Positions 50,050 to 60,031 of a stretch of 64,000 nucleotides of DNA are shown in pieces. The notes under the pieces were generated by a model. The model saw only the letters and a list, made by a program, of their open reading frames with translations, had not been told where the DNA came from and searched no databases. Positions within the stretch are counted from its first letter, which is position 1. Every line of letters begins with the position of its first letter. The position numbers and the translations under genes are program-made. This DNA is from an uncultured delta proteobacterium (GTDB lineage Bacteria; Myxococcota; Kuafuiibacteriia; Kuafuiibacteriales; Kuafuiibacteriaceae), in the NCBI GenBank assembly GCA_963803435.1, contig CAWDML010000004.1:160001-224000 (forward strand), written 5' to 3'.

Positions 50050-53000
50050 GTGAAGAGCAACAAGCTGCTGATGCCGCTGGCCATCCTCGCGCTCGTCGCG
50101 GCGTCTCCAGGCGCGTCCTTCGCGCAGGAGCCGGACGTGGACGAGGCGCCCGCCGAGACCAAGGCCCCCGATCTCCCCGAGACGGATACGGCCACCGACA
50201 CCGAGGCCGAATCGGACGCGCCGGCGGAAGGGCCGGGGTCGCGGATCTCCCAGGCCGAGGCCGCACCGGCCGCGCCGCCCACCGTCGACGAGATCGAGAA
50301 GGCCACCACGTACGAGCAGCAGCTCGAGCTGCTCTCGCGCGACCTGTCCTACTTCAGCGAGGGGGCCGAGACCTTCTCCGAGGACATGAGGGATCTCATC
50401 AAGCTCAAGTACAACGAGCAGAAGGATCGGCTGGCGGCGCAGTACGACCGGCAGATCGAGGAGCTCGAGGCGGAGGAGCGAGGCCGGCGGCTGGAGGCGA
50501 TCGCGCGCTTCGAGGAGTTCCTGAAGAAGTACCCGGAGGATCCGCGGTACACGCCCGACGCCATGTTCCGGCTGGCCGAGCTCTACTTCGAGAAGTCGAG
50601 CGACGATTACCTCTTGGCGAGCCGCGCCTTCGAGAAGGAGCTGACCAAGTTCGAGCGGGGCGAGCGGCCCGACGAGCCCCAGCCGGCCGAGCCCAGCTAC
50701 GAGCAGACGATCGGGATGCACAAGGAGCTGCTCTCCCGCTTCCCCAACTACCGGCTCGCGGACGCGGCGCGCTATCTGCTCGGCTACTGCTACGCAGAGC
50801 AGGGGCAGATGGAGGAGGCGCTCGCCGCCTATCAGGAGCTGGTCCAGCATCACCCGGAGAGCAAGTTCCTGGCCGAGGTCTGGACGCGCATCGGCGAGAT
50901 CTACTTCGACGGCAACGATAACGAGTCCCTCGAGAAGGCGATCGATGCCTACAAGCGGGTGGAGCAGTTCCCGGACTCGCCGTACTACGACAAGGCGCTC
51001 TACAAGATCGCCTGGACCTACTACCGGCTCGATCGCTACGACGAGGCGGTCAAGTCCTTCATCGAGCTGGTCGACTATGCCGACGCCCAGAAGGCGAAGA
51101 CCGGAATCTCCGGCTCCGAGCTGCGGACGGAGGCCATCCAGTACATCGCGATTTCGCTGGCCGACGAGAACTGGGGCGGCCTCGACCGCGCCAAGACGGT
51201 GCTGACGCCGCTCGAGTCGAAGGACTACACGGGCGAGCTCTGGAAGCGCTACGGCGAGATCCTGTACGACCAGACCCGCTACGAGCAGGCGATCCAGGTG
51301 CTCGCCTACTCGATCGAGAAGTATCCGACGGCGCGCCACAACCCGGAGGCGCAGGAGAAGATCGTCCGCGCTTACGAGCAGCGCCGCGACTTCGACGGTG
51401 CCACCGCCGCCCGCGAGCGGCTGGTGAAGAACTTCAGCGCCGGCTCGCCGTGGTACGAGGCCAACAAGGGCGATCCGGAGGCGATCGCGAACGCCGAGGG
51501 CCTCACCGAGCGCTCGCTCTACACGGCGGCGATCTTCCGCCACCAGCAGGCGCAGGCGTACAAGGCGCAGGCGAAGAACGACGAGGCGGCCCGCAGCTAT
51601 CTGGCCGCGGCCGAGGCGTACGAGAACTACCTGGCGCGCTTCCCGGACTCGAAGAACGCCTACGACTTCGAGTTCTTCCTCGCCGAGTGTCTCTACTACT
51701 CGGGCGACTTCGCCCGGGCGGCGGCGCAGTACGACAAGGTTCGCGACAGCAAGGTCGACAACAAGCACATCGAGGCGGCGGCGCTCTCCTCGGTCATCAC
51801 GTACGAGAAGGAGATCGAGGATCAGGTCGCCCAGGGCAAGATTCCGAAGCTCGAGGTCCTCACCGCCGACAAGCGGCAGGGCAAGGTCACGGCCAAGCCG
51901 CTCGGGCCGAGCTATCAGAAGCTGGTGGAGTCCTCGGACCGATTCACCACGCTGCTCCCGAAGAGCGAGCGGGCGCCGGCGATCGCGTACCGGGCGGCCG
52001 AGGTCTACTACAAGCACGATCAGCTGGACGAGGCCCGCAAGCGCTTCCAGAAGATCGTGTCCGACTATCCGGGCACGGACGTGGCGCGGTACTCGGCCAA
52101 CCTGATCATCGAGAGCTACCTGGCCGTCGAGGACTGGGCCAACGTCGAGAAGGCCTCCAAGGCGCTCAAGGAGACGGTGGCGTCGGCGCAGGGTGGCAAC
52201 GCGAAGGAGCGGGAGAAGTTCACCGAGGAGATGGACAAGTTCCGGCTGGGCGCCCAGTTCAAGCTGGCGCAGCAGTACGACACGGACGGCAAGTTCGAGG
52301 AGGCGGCGGACGCCTACGTCCGCATCGTCAACGAGAACCCGAAGCACGAGTTCGCGGACAAGGCGCTCTACAACGCGGCGGTCGCGTACGCGAAGGTGAA
52401 GCGCTTCGACACCGCGTCGAAGATGTACAAGCGGATCTACGAGGAGTATCCGAAGTCGGATCTGGCGCCGCGTGCCCTGTTCCAGGAGGGCATCAACGCG
52501 GAGAAGAGCTTCGACTTCCAGGCCGCCATCGACGCCTACAGCAAGCTCAACGATCGCTACCCGAACTCCGACAAGCGTCCGGACGCGCTCTACAACGTCG
52601 CGGTGGTGCTGGAGAACATGCAGGAGTACGGGCGGGCGGCGTCTGCATACAAGCAGTATGCGGAGTCCTTCACCAAGCGTGAGGACGCGGGCGAGATGTA
52701 TTTCCGCTCCGCGCTCGTCTACGAGAAGATGAAGGCGTGGCCGCAGATGATCGACACGCTGGGGTCGTTCATCAAGCGCTACAACACCGTCTCGAAGCAG
52801 AAGGAGCGCGTGGTCGAGGCCTTCCAGAAGATCGGTGAAGCGGAGATGGCGCGCGACAAGGAGAAGGCGGCCCTGACGGCCTTCAAGCAGTGCGTCGGCG
52901 AGTTCACCAAGCGCCACCTGGCGATCGGCGACAAGGCGGGCGCCAACGCGGCGGCCTGCTCGCTCCAGATCGCCGAGGCGAAGTTCCGCGACTACGACGA

Positions 53001-53544
53001 CATCGAGATCACCGGCACCGGCCCGAAGCTGGTGAAGGCGCTGCAGAAGAAGGCGCAGGCCCAGCGCGACGTGGAGAAGGCGTACGGCGAGGTCTTCAAG
53101 TACAAGCGTGTCGAAGAGACGCTCGCGGCCTCCTACCGGATCGGCTACAGCTATGAGCGCTTCGCGGAGGCGCTGTTCTCGGCGCCGGTCCCTCCGGAGT
53201 TCAAGGGCAAGCAGGAGCTCGAGGACGAGTACCGCGCGCAGCTCGAGGACAAGGCGGCCGTGCTCGAGCGCAAGGCGGAGACCGCCTACCGCAAGGCGTA
53301 CGAGGAGGCGAAGCGCACCCGCGTCACCAACGAGTGGACGCAGCGGATCCTGGAGGGCCTGAACAAGTACGCGAAGGAAGAGTTCCCCATCCAGAAGCGC
53401 GGCAAGTCGCTGATGCAGACGTACACCATCACCGGCAACGCGCTGGATGATCTGGGGGCGCGGCCCGCGAGCGGCGAGAAGCCCGGGGCGACGAACACCG
53501 TCACAGCGCCGGGCGGCGCACGGACGGCGGAGAAGAAAGAGTGA
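50050..53544 (+). CDS. Large exported TPR protein, GltD/AgmU-like
   Basis: 1164 aa with signal peptide and many TPRs (MFRLAELYFE, ALYKIAWTYY, ADKALYNAA); position in the cluster. Confidence 0.75.
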   Translation: MKSNKLLMPLAILALVAASPGASFAQEPDVDEAPAETKAPDLPETDTATDTEAESDAPAEGPGSRISQAEAAPAAPPTVDEIEKATTYEQQLELLSRDLSYFSEGAETFSEDMRDLIKLKYNEQKDRLAAQYDRQIEELEAEERGRRLEAIARFEEFLKKYPEDPRYTPDAMFRLAELYFEKSSDDYLLASRAFEKELTKFERGERPDEPQPAEPSYEQTIGMHKELLSRFPNYRLADAARYLLGYCYAEQGQMEEALAAYQELVQHHPESKFLAEVWTRIGEIYFDGNDNESLEKAIDAYKRVEQFPDSPYYDKALYKIAWTYYRLDRYDEAVKSFIELVDYADAQKAKTGISGSELRTEAIQYIAISLADENWGGLDRAKTVLTPLESKDYTGELWKRYGEILYDQTRYEQAIQVLAYSIEKYPTARHNPEAQEKIVRAYEQRRDFDGATAARERLVKNFSAGSPWYEANKGDPEAIANAEGLTERSLYTAAIFRHQQAQAYKAQAKNDEAARSYLAAAEAYENYLARFPDSKNAYDFEFFLAECLYYSGDFARAAAQYDKVRDSKVDNKHIEAAALSSVITYEKEIEDQVAQGKIPKLEVLTADKRQGKVTAKPLGPSYQKLVESSDRFTTLLPKSERAPAIAYRAAEVYYKHDQLDEARKRFQKIVSDYPGTDVARYSANLIIESYLAVEDWANVEKASKALKETVASAQGGNAKEREKFTEEMDKFRLGAQFKLAQQYDTDGKFEEAADAYVRIVNENPKHEFADKALYNAAVAYAKVKRFDTASKMYKRIYEEYPKSDLAPRALFQEGINAEKSFDFQAAIDAYSKLNDRYPNSDKRPDALYNVAVVLENMQEYGRAASAYKQYAESFTKREDAGEMYFRSALVYEKMKAWPQMIDTLGSFIKRYNTVSKQKERVVEAFQKIGEAEMARDKEKAALTAFKQCVGEFTKRHLAIGDKAGANAAACSLQIAEAKFRDYDDIEITGTGPKLVKALQKKAQAQRDVEKAYGEVFKYKRVEETLAASYRIGYSYERFAEALFSAPVPPEFKGKQELEDEYRAQLEDKAAVLERKAETAYRKAYEEAKRTRVTNEWTQRILEGLNKYAKEEFPIQKRGKSLMQTYTITGNALDDLGARPASGEKPGATNTVTAPGGARTAEKKE

Positions 53545-54944
53545 TGCGCCGAACCTCGATCCTCTGCGCGGCGCTGATCGCGTCGTGCGCCACGCCGACC
53601 AGCCAGGAGACCCCGCCGGTACCGACGGGCACCGCCACGCCGCCGGTCGCGAAGGACGACCAGGCGGCGGACAAGGAAGCGCCCGGGGACCAGCCCGCCC
53701 CCGGCGCCGACGCTACCGACGCGGCGGCGGCGGCCATGCTCCCGCAGCACGAGCCGAGCCCCAGCGCCAAGAAGGAGCTGATGGTCGGGCTCAAGCTGTC
53801 GGGCTCGAACCCGCAGGGCGCGCTCGACAAGTTCCTGGCGGCGGTGAACGCCGATCCGAAGTTCGCGGCGGCCCACTACAACGCGGGGGTGATGTACGAG
53901 CGAATGGGGCAGTACAAGAGCGCCGAGAGCGCGTATCGCGCCGCGATCAAGGCGAGCCCCCAATACTTGGCCGCGGTGGAGAACCTGGCGAACCTGGCGG
54001 TGCGCGAGGGCAAGCCGTCAGAGGCGGAGCAGACGCTCCTCCAGTCGATCCGCGACAACCCGGGCGATCTCGGGCTCCGCAACCGGCTGACGTCGGTGTG
54101 GCTCGCCAGCGGCAAGGTCGACCAGGCGGAGAAGGAGTCGAAGAAGATCCTCAAGTCGGACGAGCGCAACGTGGGCGCGTTGCTGAACCTCGGGGCGGTC
54201 TACTACCGGCGCGGGCAGTTCGAGCTCGCCACGACCGTGCTGAGCCGCGCGCAGGAGATCGACTCCGGGGAGGCGAAGGTCTGGAGCAACCTGGGCTTCG
54301 TCTACCTCGCGCAGGACAAGCGTTCGGAGGCGGTGGAGGCGTTCAAGCGCGCCACCGAGCTCCGCGACGATCTGCCCGAGGCGCTCAACAACCTGGGCGC
54401 CCTGTTCGTGGAGACCCACGACTACGAGGCGGCCATCGATTCGCTCCGGCGGGCCATCGCCCTGTTTCCCGACTTCGTGAATGCGTACGTGAACCTCGGG
54501 AATGCCTACAAAGGGAACAAGCAGTACAAGGACGCCGAAGCCGCCTACAAGAAGGCCCAGAGCCTCGACCCCGACCAGCACGCCATACTTTACAACCTGG
54601 GCGTGCTGCACCTCGACAACCAGCTCGACTCGGTCGACCGGCTCGAGCGGTGGAACGTTGCCAGGAAGTACCTGGAAGACTACCTCGCCAAGGAGAAGGA
54701 CGTTCCCGTGGAGGAGAAGCGGCGCGTGCAGGCCTACATCACCGAGGCGGATTGGGGCCTCAAGCACGAGCAGCAGAAGATCAAGGCCGAGGAGCGCCAG
54801 AAGCTGCGGGAGGCCAAGCGGAAGGCGGTCGAGGCAGAGAAGGCCAAGGCGGCCGAGGGCGGCGGCGACGCCCCGGGCGGCGCCAAGCAAGGTGACAAGA
54901 AGGACGCTGCGAAGGACGAAGCCCCTCCGGGCGGAAAGAAGTGA
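53544..54944 (+). CDS. TPR lipoprotein, GltE/AglT-like
   Basis: Lipobox IASC, tandem TPRs and a charged coiled-coil tail. Confidence 0.75.
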   Translation: MRRTSILCAALIASCATPTSQETPPVPTGTATPPVAKDDQAADKEAPGDQPAPGADATDAAAAAMLPQHEPSPSAKKELMVGLKLSGSNPQGALDKFLAAVNADPKFAAAHYNAGVMYERMGQYKSAESAYRAAIKASPQYLAAVENLANLAVREGKPSEAEQTLLQSIRDNPGDLGLRNRLTSVWLASGKVDQAEKESKKILKSDERNVGALLNLGAVYYRRGQFELATTVLSRAQEIDSGEAKVWSNLGFVYLAQDKRSEAVEAFKRATELRDDLPEALNNLGALFVETHDYEAAIDSLRRAIALFPDFVNAYVNLGNAYKGNKQYKDAEAAYKKAQSLDPDQHAILYNLGVLHLDNQLDSVDRLERWNVARKYLEDYLAKEKDVPVEEKRRVQAYITEADWGLKHEQQKIKAEERQKLREAKRKAVEAEKAKAAEGGGDAPGGAKQGDKKDAAKDEAPPGGKK

Positions 54945-55202
54945 GTGAGCGTGATGATCCGACGAACGCTGACCATTGGACTTCTATTGATCGGGCTGGC
55001 CTCGATCGCGGTCACAGCCGAGGCGCAGGGCAAGAAGCCCCGGCGGGTCATCCGCATCCAGGAGACGCGGATCGAGGGGCGTATTCAGAAGCCCCAGGCT
55101 TTCTACATCCTCCAGCGATCGAACCTGAACTTCGAGGGGCTCGAGTTGAAAAACAGCTTCGTGCCGAAGATCATCAAGTCCGTCGACCAGGCGCCCTTCT
55201 GA
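54945..55202 (+). CDS. Small exported protein, GltF/CglF-like
   Basis: Signal peptide, then IEGRIQKPQ...R.N..F..L....SFVPKI; sits between GltE-like and GltG-like genes. Confidence 0.7.
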   Translation: MSVMIRRTLTIGLLLIGLASIAVTAEAQGKKPRRVIRIQETRIEGRIQKPQAFYILQRSNLNFEGLELKNSFVPKIIKSVDQAPF

Positions 55203-55246
55203 AAGATGGGAACCCGATCGACGCCGCGAGTGACTGAAGAACTGAC

Positions 55247-56614
55247 ATGAGCGCATCCAACAAGAACGAGCCTGCCGGCCCGAAGGTCCTGAGGATCGGC
55301 ATCGTCCAGCGGGGCAAGATCATCGACGAGCGCGAGCTGAAGCGGCGGGAGACCGTCTCGATCGGCACGCACCAGAAGGCGATGTTTCAGGTCCAGTCGG
55401 ATGCGCTGCCCCGCAGCTTCGACCTCTTCGACTACGACGGGAAGAAGTACTACGTCCGCTTCACCGACAAGATGGACGGGCGCATCCAGCTCGAGGGGAC
55501 CAAGGTCCAGAACTTCCCGGAGCTCGAGGCGCAGGGGAAGGTGGTCCAGCGCAACGACTCCAAGGCGGTCGAGCTGTCGGACGAGAGCCGCGGCAAGGTG
55601 GTCATCGGCGACGTCACCGTCCTCTTCCAGTTCAAGGCCGCGCTCCCGGCGCCGGTGCGGCCGGTGCTCCCCGCCGACGTGCGGGGCTCGCTGCTCCAGA
55701 ACATCGACGCGCAGTTCACCGGCATCTTCGTCGCGGTGGCGGTGCTCCAGATCTCGATCGTCACCTACGCGCGCTCGCTCCCCTATGTGGAGCCCACGTC
55801 GATCGAGGAGATCGATCAGTCCTACCAGCGCATGATCATGCCGGATCGTCCGCCGGAGCCTCCGAAGGACGCGATCGCCGAGGATGGCGCGGGCAAGGAG
55901 GAGGAGAAGAAGGACGACGAGCCCAAGAAGGCCTCCAAGGCCAAGAAGGGCGACGGCAACAAGCGCAAGGTCGACGAGGAAGCGGCGGCGCGCGCCCGCA
56001 AGGAGGCGATCCGCAAGCAAGTGGCCGGCAAGGGCCTCCTCAAGGTGCTCGGCGCCAAGGGCAGCGGCCGCGACGGCGGTGCGCTCAACGACGTCTTCAA
56101 CGACGGCGGCGAGGTCGGGAACCTGGGCGACGCGTTCTCAGGGATCCAGGGCGTCGACATCGCCAGCGGCGGTGGCGAGGCGGGGACCCGCGGCGGCGGC
56201 TCCGGCGAGGGCGTCGGGATCGGCGCGCTCGGTACCGAGGGCGGCGGCAGCTTCAAGACCGGCGAGAAGACCGAGGTCGCGGTCAAGGGACAGGCCCAAG
56301 CCCAGGCCCCCGAGGTGGACGGCGAGCTCTCCCAGGCCGAGATCTCCCGGGTCATGCGGCGCCAGCTCAACGCGCTCCGCGACTGCTACGAGCGGGCGCT
56401 CAAGCGAAATCGCAAGCTGGCCGGCAAGCTGATCATCCGCTTCGAGATCCTCGAGAGCGGGCGAACCTCCAACATCGAGTTCGAGGACACCAGCCTCAAC
56501 AGCCCCGATGTACGGGAGTGTATCGAGAAGCGCGCCAAGTACTGGCGGTTCCCACGTCCCGAGGGCGGCAGCGTCTTCGTGGCCTATCCGATCGTCTTCA
56601 CCCCCGCCGGTTAG
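55247..56614 (+). CDS. GltG/AgmX/PglI-like protein (N-terminal cytoplasmic domain, TM, TonB-like C-terminus)
   Basis: Single TM, charged and Gly-rich linker, and C-terminal GELS...LRDCYERALK..L.GK..F.I...C.....WRFPRP.GG.V.V.YP.VF. Confidence 0.8.
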   Translation: MSASNKNEPAGPKVLRIGIVQRGKIIDERELKRRETVSIGTHQKAMFQVQSDALPRSFDLFDYDGKKYYVRFTDKMDGRIQLEGTKVQNFPELEAQGKVVQRNDSKAVELSDESRGKVVIGDVTVLFQFKAALPAPVRPVLPADVRGSLLQNIDAQFTGIFVAVAVLQISIVTYARSLPYVEPTSIEEIDQSYQRMIMPDRPPEPPKDAIAEDGAGKEEEKKDDEPKKASKAKKGDGNKRKVDEEAAARARKEAIRKQVAGKGLLKVLGAKGSGRDGGALNDVFNDGGEVGNLGDAFSGIQGVDIASGGGEAGTRGGGSGEGVGIGALGTEGGGSFKTGEKTEVAVKGQAQAQAPEVDGELSQAEISRVMRRQLNALRDCYERALKRNRKLAGKLIIRFEILESGRTSNIEFEDTSLNSPDVRECIEKRAKYWRFPRPEGGSVFVAYPIVFTPAG

Positions 56615-56669
56615 CAACAGTTGCGGGAGGGCCCAGGGGACGTGGCGTGTTAGAAAAGCCACTGCGCGC

Positions 56670-57413
56670 ATGCGGTGGAATCGCCGAGAGCTTCTGAAGG
56701 GCAGCCTCCTGTTGGCCGCCGGCGCGCCGCTCCTCGCGGGGGCGGGGCCCTCGGACCTCAGGATCGGCCAGATCAAGACCGGCGGGAACTGGGATCCCCG
56801 GCCCAACGCCCTACGCCGCGTGCTCTGGGAGGTCTCGCAGCGGACCAGCATCGAGGTCGACCTGGAGACGGTGCCGCTCGAGCCCCACGACCCGAACATC
56901 TTCCGCTTCCCACTGCTCTACTGGGGCGGCTCCGGAGGCTTCCCGCCGATCTCGGAGGACGCGGTTCGTCTGCTCCGGCGCCACCTCACTTACGGCGGGA
57001 TGCTGATCGCCGACAGCGCCGACGCGGATCCAGGCGGCGCGTTCGACACCTCCATGCGCCGGGAGCTGGGCCGTGTCTTCCCTCGGGTCGAGCTGACGCG
57101 GATCCCGAACGAGCACGTGATCTACAAGTCCTTCTATCTGGTCGACCACCAGGCCGGTCGAATCCTCCGCGCGCCGTACCTCGAGGGCGTGCTGCTGGAG
57201 AAGCGCTACGCGGTGGCGTACTGCCAGAACGATCTCGCCGGCGCCTGGTCGCGCGACAGCTTCGGCCGCTGGGAGTACGAGGTCACGCCGGGCGGCGAGA
57301 CCCAGCGAGAGATGGCGTTCAGGCTCGGTATCAACCTGGTGATGTACGCGCTCTGCCTCGACTACAAGGACGATCTGGTGCACGCGCCCTTCATCCTGAA
57401 GCGGCGGAACTGA
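56670..57413 (+). CDS. DUF4159-like protein with Tat signal
   Basis: NRRELLK twin-arginine signal, FPLLY, GG.LI.D, H.IYKSFY, NDL.GAW and AFRLGINLVMYAL. Confidence 0.8.
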   Translation: MRWNRRELLKGSLLLAAGAPLLAGAGPSDLRIGQIKTGGNWDPRPNALRRVLWEVSQRTSIEVDLETVPLEPHDPNIFRFPLLYWGGSGGFPPISEDAVRLLRRHLTYGGMLIADSADADPGGAFDTSMRRELGRVFPRVELTRIPNEHVIYKSFYLVDHQAGRILRAPYLEGVLLEKRYAVAYCQNDLAGAWSRDSFGRWEYEVTPGGETQREMAFRLGINLVMYALCLDYKDDLVHAPFILKRRN

Positions 57414-57423
57414 GGAGCGGAGC

Positions 57424-59709
57424 GTGTCGGATCTGCTCACGCTGATCATCAAGCTCCTCGCGCCCGACGCCGGCGTGGGCGCTTACAACGACTGGACGCT
57501 GGTCTCCAACGGGACGCTCTCCACTTCGGTGCTCTTCGCGATCTCGGCGATCCTGCTGGTGGCGGTGATGATCGGCTCGGTCGGTCTCATGCGGCTGCCC
57601 TGGCGCCGGCGGCTGCCGCTCATGTTGCTGCGTCTGCTGGCGGCGGTGTGGGTGCTCGCGCTGGTCGCGAAGCCGGCGATCGAGCTGCGCGCGGTCTCGC
57701 GGGTCCGCACGCGGGTGGCGCTGTTGGCGGACGCGTCCCGGTCGATGTCGATCGCGACGCCCCACGGAACCCGCGCCGAGGCGGTGACCGACCACCTGGA
57801 GCGGAACCGGGCCAAGCTGGAGGCGCTCTCCGAGCGCGCCGTGATCGAGCCGATGCTGTTCGGCGAGCGCGTCCACCCGCTCGAGAAGATGCCGGATCCG
57901 ATCCCGACGGAGGAGGGCCACACGGACCTCCTGCGGGCGCTCAACGAGGTCTCCTGGCAGTCCTCGGGGCGGGAGCTGGGCGCGGTCATCCTCTACTCGG
58001 ACGGCACCGACACCGAGGGGCTGACGGTCGAGGCGGCCCGGCGTAAGGCCGCCAAGCTGGGCGCCCCCATCTATGCGGTCGGCTTCTCTCGAGAGGCCTC
58101 CGCGCCCGATCTCGCGGTGCGCCGGTTGATCGCCGACGACTTCGCGTTCGTCCACAACACGGTCACGCTCGACGCCGAGCTGGAGCAGCGAGGCCTCGAC
58201 GTCGGCAGCGTCATGGTGACGCTCAAGAAGGACGGCACGGTCCTCCAGACCAAGGAGGCGAAGTTCGAGGACGGGCGCGCCCGCGTCTCATTCGAGTTCA
58301 AGCCGCGAAAGATCGGCAAGCAGGTCTACCAGGTGAGTGTCCCCGTCCAGTCGGGCGAGGTGGTCGAGACCAACAACGCGAAGAGCCTGGTGCTCAAGGT
58401 GATCCGCGATCGGATCCGCGTGCTCCAGGTGGCCGGCCGGCCCTCCTGGGACGAGCGCTACCTGCGCGAGTTTCTCAAGCGCAACCCGAACGTCGATCTG
58501 ATCTCGTTCTTCATCCTTCGCTCCACCACCGATCTCCAGAAGGCCCGCAACGAGGAGCTGGCGCTGATCCCCTTCCCGGTGAACGATCTGTTCACGACCG
58601 AGCTGAGCAGTTTCGACGTCGTGATCTATCAGAACTTCAGCTACCGGCCCTACCGGATGGCGCACTACCTCCGGAACGTGCGCGACTACGTGATGAAGGG
58701 CGGGAGCTTCCTCATGATCGGCGGCGATGCCTCGTTCGAGGACGGCTGGTACGCGAGCACGCCGATCAGCGAGATCCTGCCGGTTCAGCTCGGCGGCGCG
58801 ATGGCCTGGGACGGCGCCGACTACCGCCCCCGCCTCACCAAGGAGGGCCGCCGTCATCCGATCACGCGCATCGGTGAGCCCGGCGAGCCGCCCGAGGCCC
58901 CGTTCGGCCGCCTCCCACCCCTGGCTGGCTTCAACTCGTCGCTCGGCCTGGCGCCGAACGCGCAGGCGCTCCTGGTGCACCCGAGCTTGCCGGGCAACCC
59001 GCCGGTGGTCTCGATCCGTGAGGCGGGCGCAGGCCGAAGCATGGCGGTCGCCACCGACAGCCTCTGGTTCTGGCGGTTCCCGGCCGTCGCCAGCGGCGGC
59101 GCCGGGCGCGAGTTCGATCGCTTCTGGAGCAACGCACTCCGCTGGCTCATCCGCGACCCCGAGCTCGCCCGCGTCCGCCTGCGGTCCGAGCACTCCGTCG
59201 TCCTCCTCGGTGACCCGGTCGGCGCCGAGGTCACCGTCCTCGGGCCCGATTACCGCGGCCTCCCGGGCGCCACGGTCGACGCCAATCTCTTCGAGGTCGG
59301 TAGCCGCCGCAGCGTCGCGAGCAAGGAGATCATCACCGGCGCCGAGGGCACGGCGGTGGTGGTCTTCGACGGCATCCCCGCCGGAACGTACGAGGTCCGC
59401 GTCCGCGCGCAGGCGGCCGGCGAGAAGATCGGTCGGGCCAAGGAGCCGGTGATCGTCGAGGCCTCCGACGTGGAGCTCCAGGTGACGTTCCCCCAGCCCG
59501 AGATCATGGCGGCCCTCGCCGAGGCCTCGGGCGGGCAGTACATCGACATCGGTGACCCGCTCCCGGACATCGAGATCAAGGACGCTCGCCGCGTAGAGGT
59601 CGATCGCACCCGCAGGATCCCGATCTGGGACTCGTTCGCCGCCTTCGGGGGGCTCTTGATCCTGGCCGCCATCGAGTGGTGGTTGCGGCGGCGCTCCGGC
59701 CTGCTATGA
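57424..59709 (+). CDS. Membrane protein with vWA-like and class I glutamine amidotransferase-like domains
   Basis: DASRSM (DxSxS), SDG, PSWDERYL, GGSFLMIGG and terminal EWWLRRRSGLL. Confidence 0.8.
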   Translation: MSDLLTLIIKLLAPDAGVGAYNDWTLVSNGTLSTSVLFAISAILLVAVMIGSVGLMRLPWRRRLPLMLLRLLAAVWVLALVAKPAIELRAVSRVRTRVALLADASRSMSIATPHGTRAEAVTDHLERNRAKLEALSERAVIEPMLFGERVHPLEKMPDPIPTEEGHTDLLRALNEVSWQSSGRELGAVILYSDGTDTEGLTVEAARRKAAKLGAPIYAVGFSREASAPDLAVRRLIADDFAFVHNTVTLDAELEQRGLDVGSVMVTLKKDGTVLQTKEAKFEDGRARVSFEFKPRKIGKQVYQVSVPVQSGEVVETNNAKSLVLKVIRDRIRVLQVAGRPSWDERYLREFLKRNPNVDLISFFILRSTTDLQKARNEELALIPFPVNDLFTTELSSFDVVIYQNFSYRPYRMAHYLRNVRDYVMKGGSFLMIGGDASFEDGWYASTPISEILPVQLGGAMAWDGADYRPRLTKEGRRHPITRIGEPGEPPEAPFGRLPPLAGFNSSLGLAPNAQALLVHPSLPGNPPVVSIREAGAGRSMAVATDSLWFWRFPAVASGGAGREFDRFWSNALRWLIRDPELARVRLRSEHSVVLLGDPVGAEVTVLGPDYRGLPGATVDANLFEVGSRRSVASKEIITGAEGTAVVVFDGIPAGTYEVRVRAQAAGEKIGRAKEPVIVEASDVELQVTFPQPEIMAALAEASGGQYIDIGDPLPDIEIKDARRVEVDRTRRIPIWDSFAAFGGLLILAAIEWWLRRRSGLL

Positions 59710-59740
59710 CAGCGGCACGCCGGGTGCATCGATCGTCGGC

Positions 59741-60031
59741 ATGGCAACGAAGAAGAAGACGACGCGCAAGAAGTGGGTGCAGAACGTTCAGCAGAGCTCG
59801 AACGCGATGGACCTGGAGCAGGGCATTTTCAAGGGGAGCCCCGAGGAGATCGCAGCCTCGCTCAAGCGATCGGTCATGAAGAGCAAGCGCACGAAAGGGA
59901 CGAAGTTCCAGTCGGCGATGTCGATGTTGAACCTCCACATCAATCGCAGCGGCAAGAACCTCTCCGCGACCGACCGGCGGCGACTGGAGAAGGCCAAGCA
60001 CGAGCTGCGCGTGGTCTTCGGCAAGGAGTGA
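59741..60031 (+). CDS. DUF3175-like small basic protein
   Basis: KW...V...SNAMDLE.GIF and FQSAMSMLN..INR.GKNL. Confidence 0.8.
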   Translation: MATKKKTTRKKWVQNVQQSSNAMDLEQGIFKGSPEEIAASLKRSVMKSKRTKGTKFQSAMSMLNLHINRSGKNLSATDRRRLEKAKHELRVVFGKE

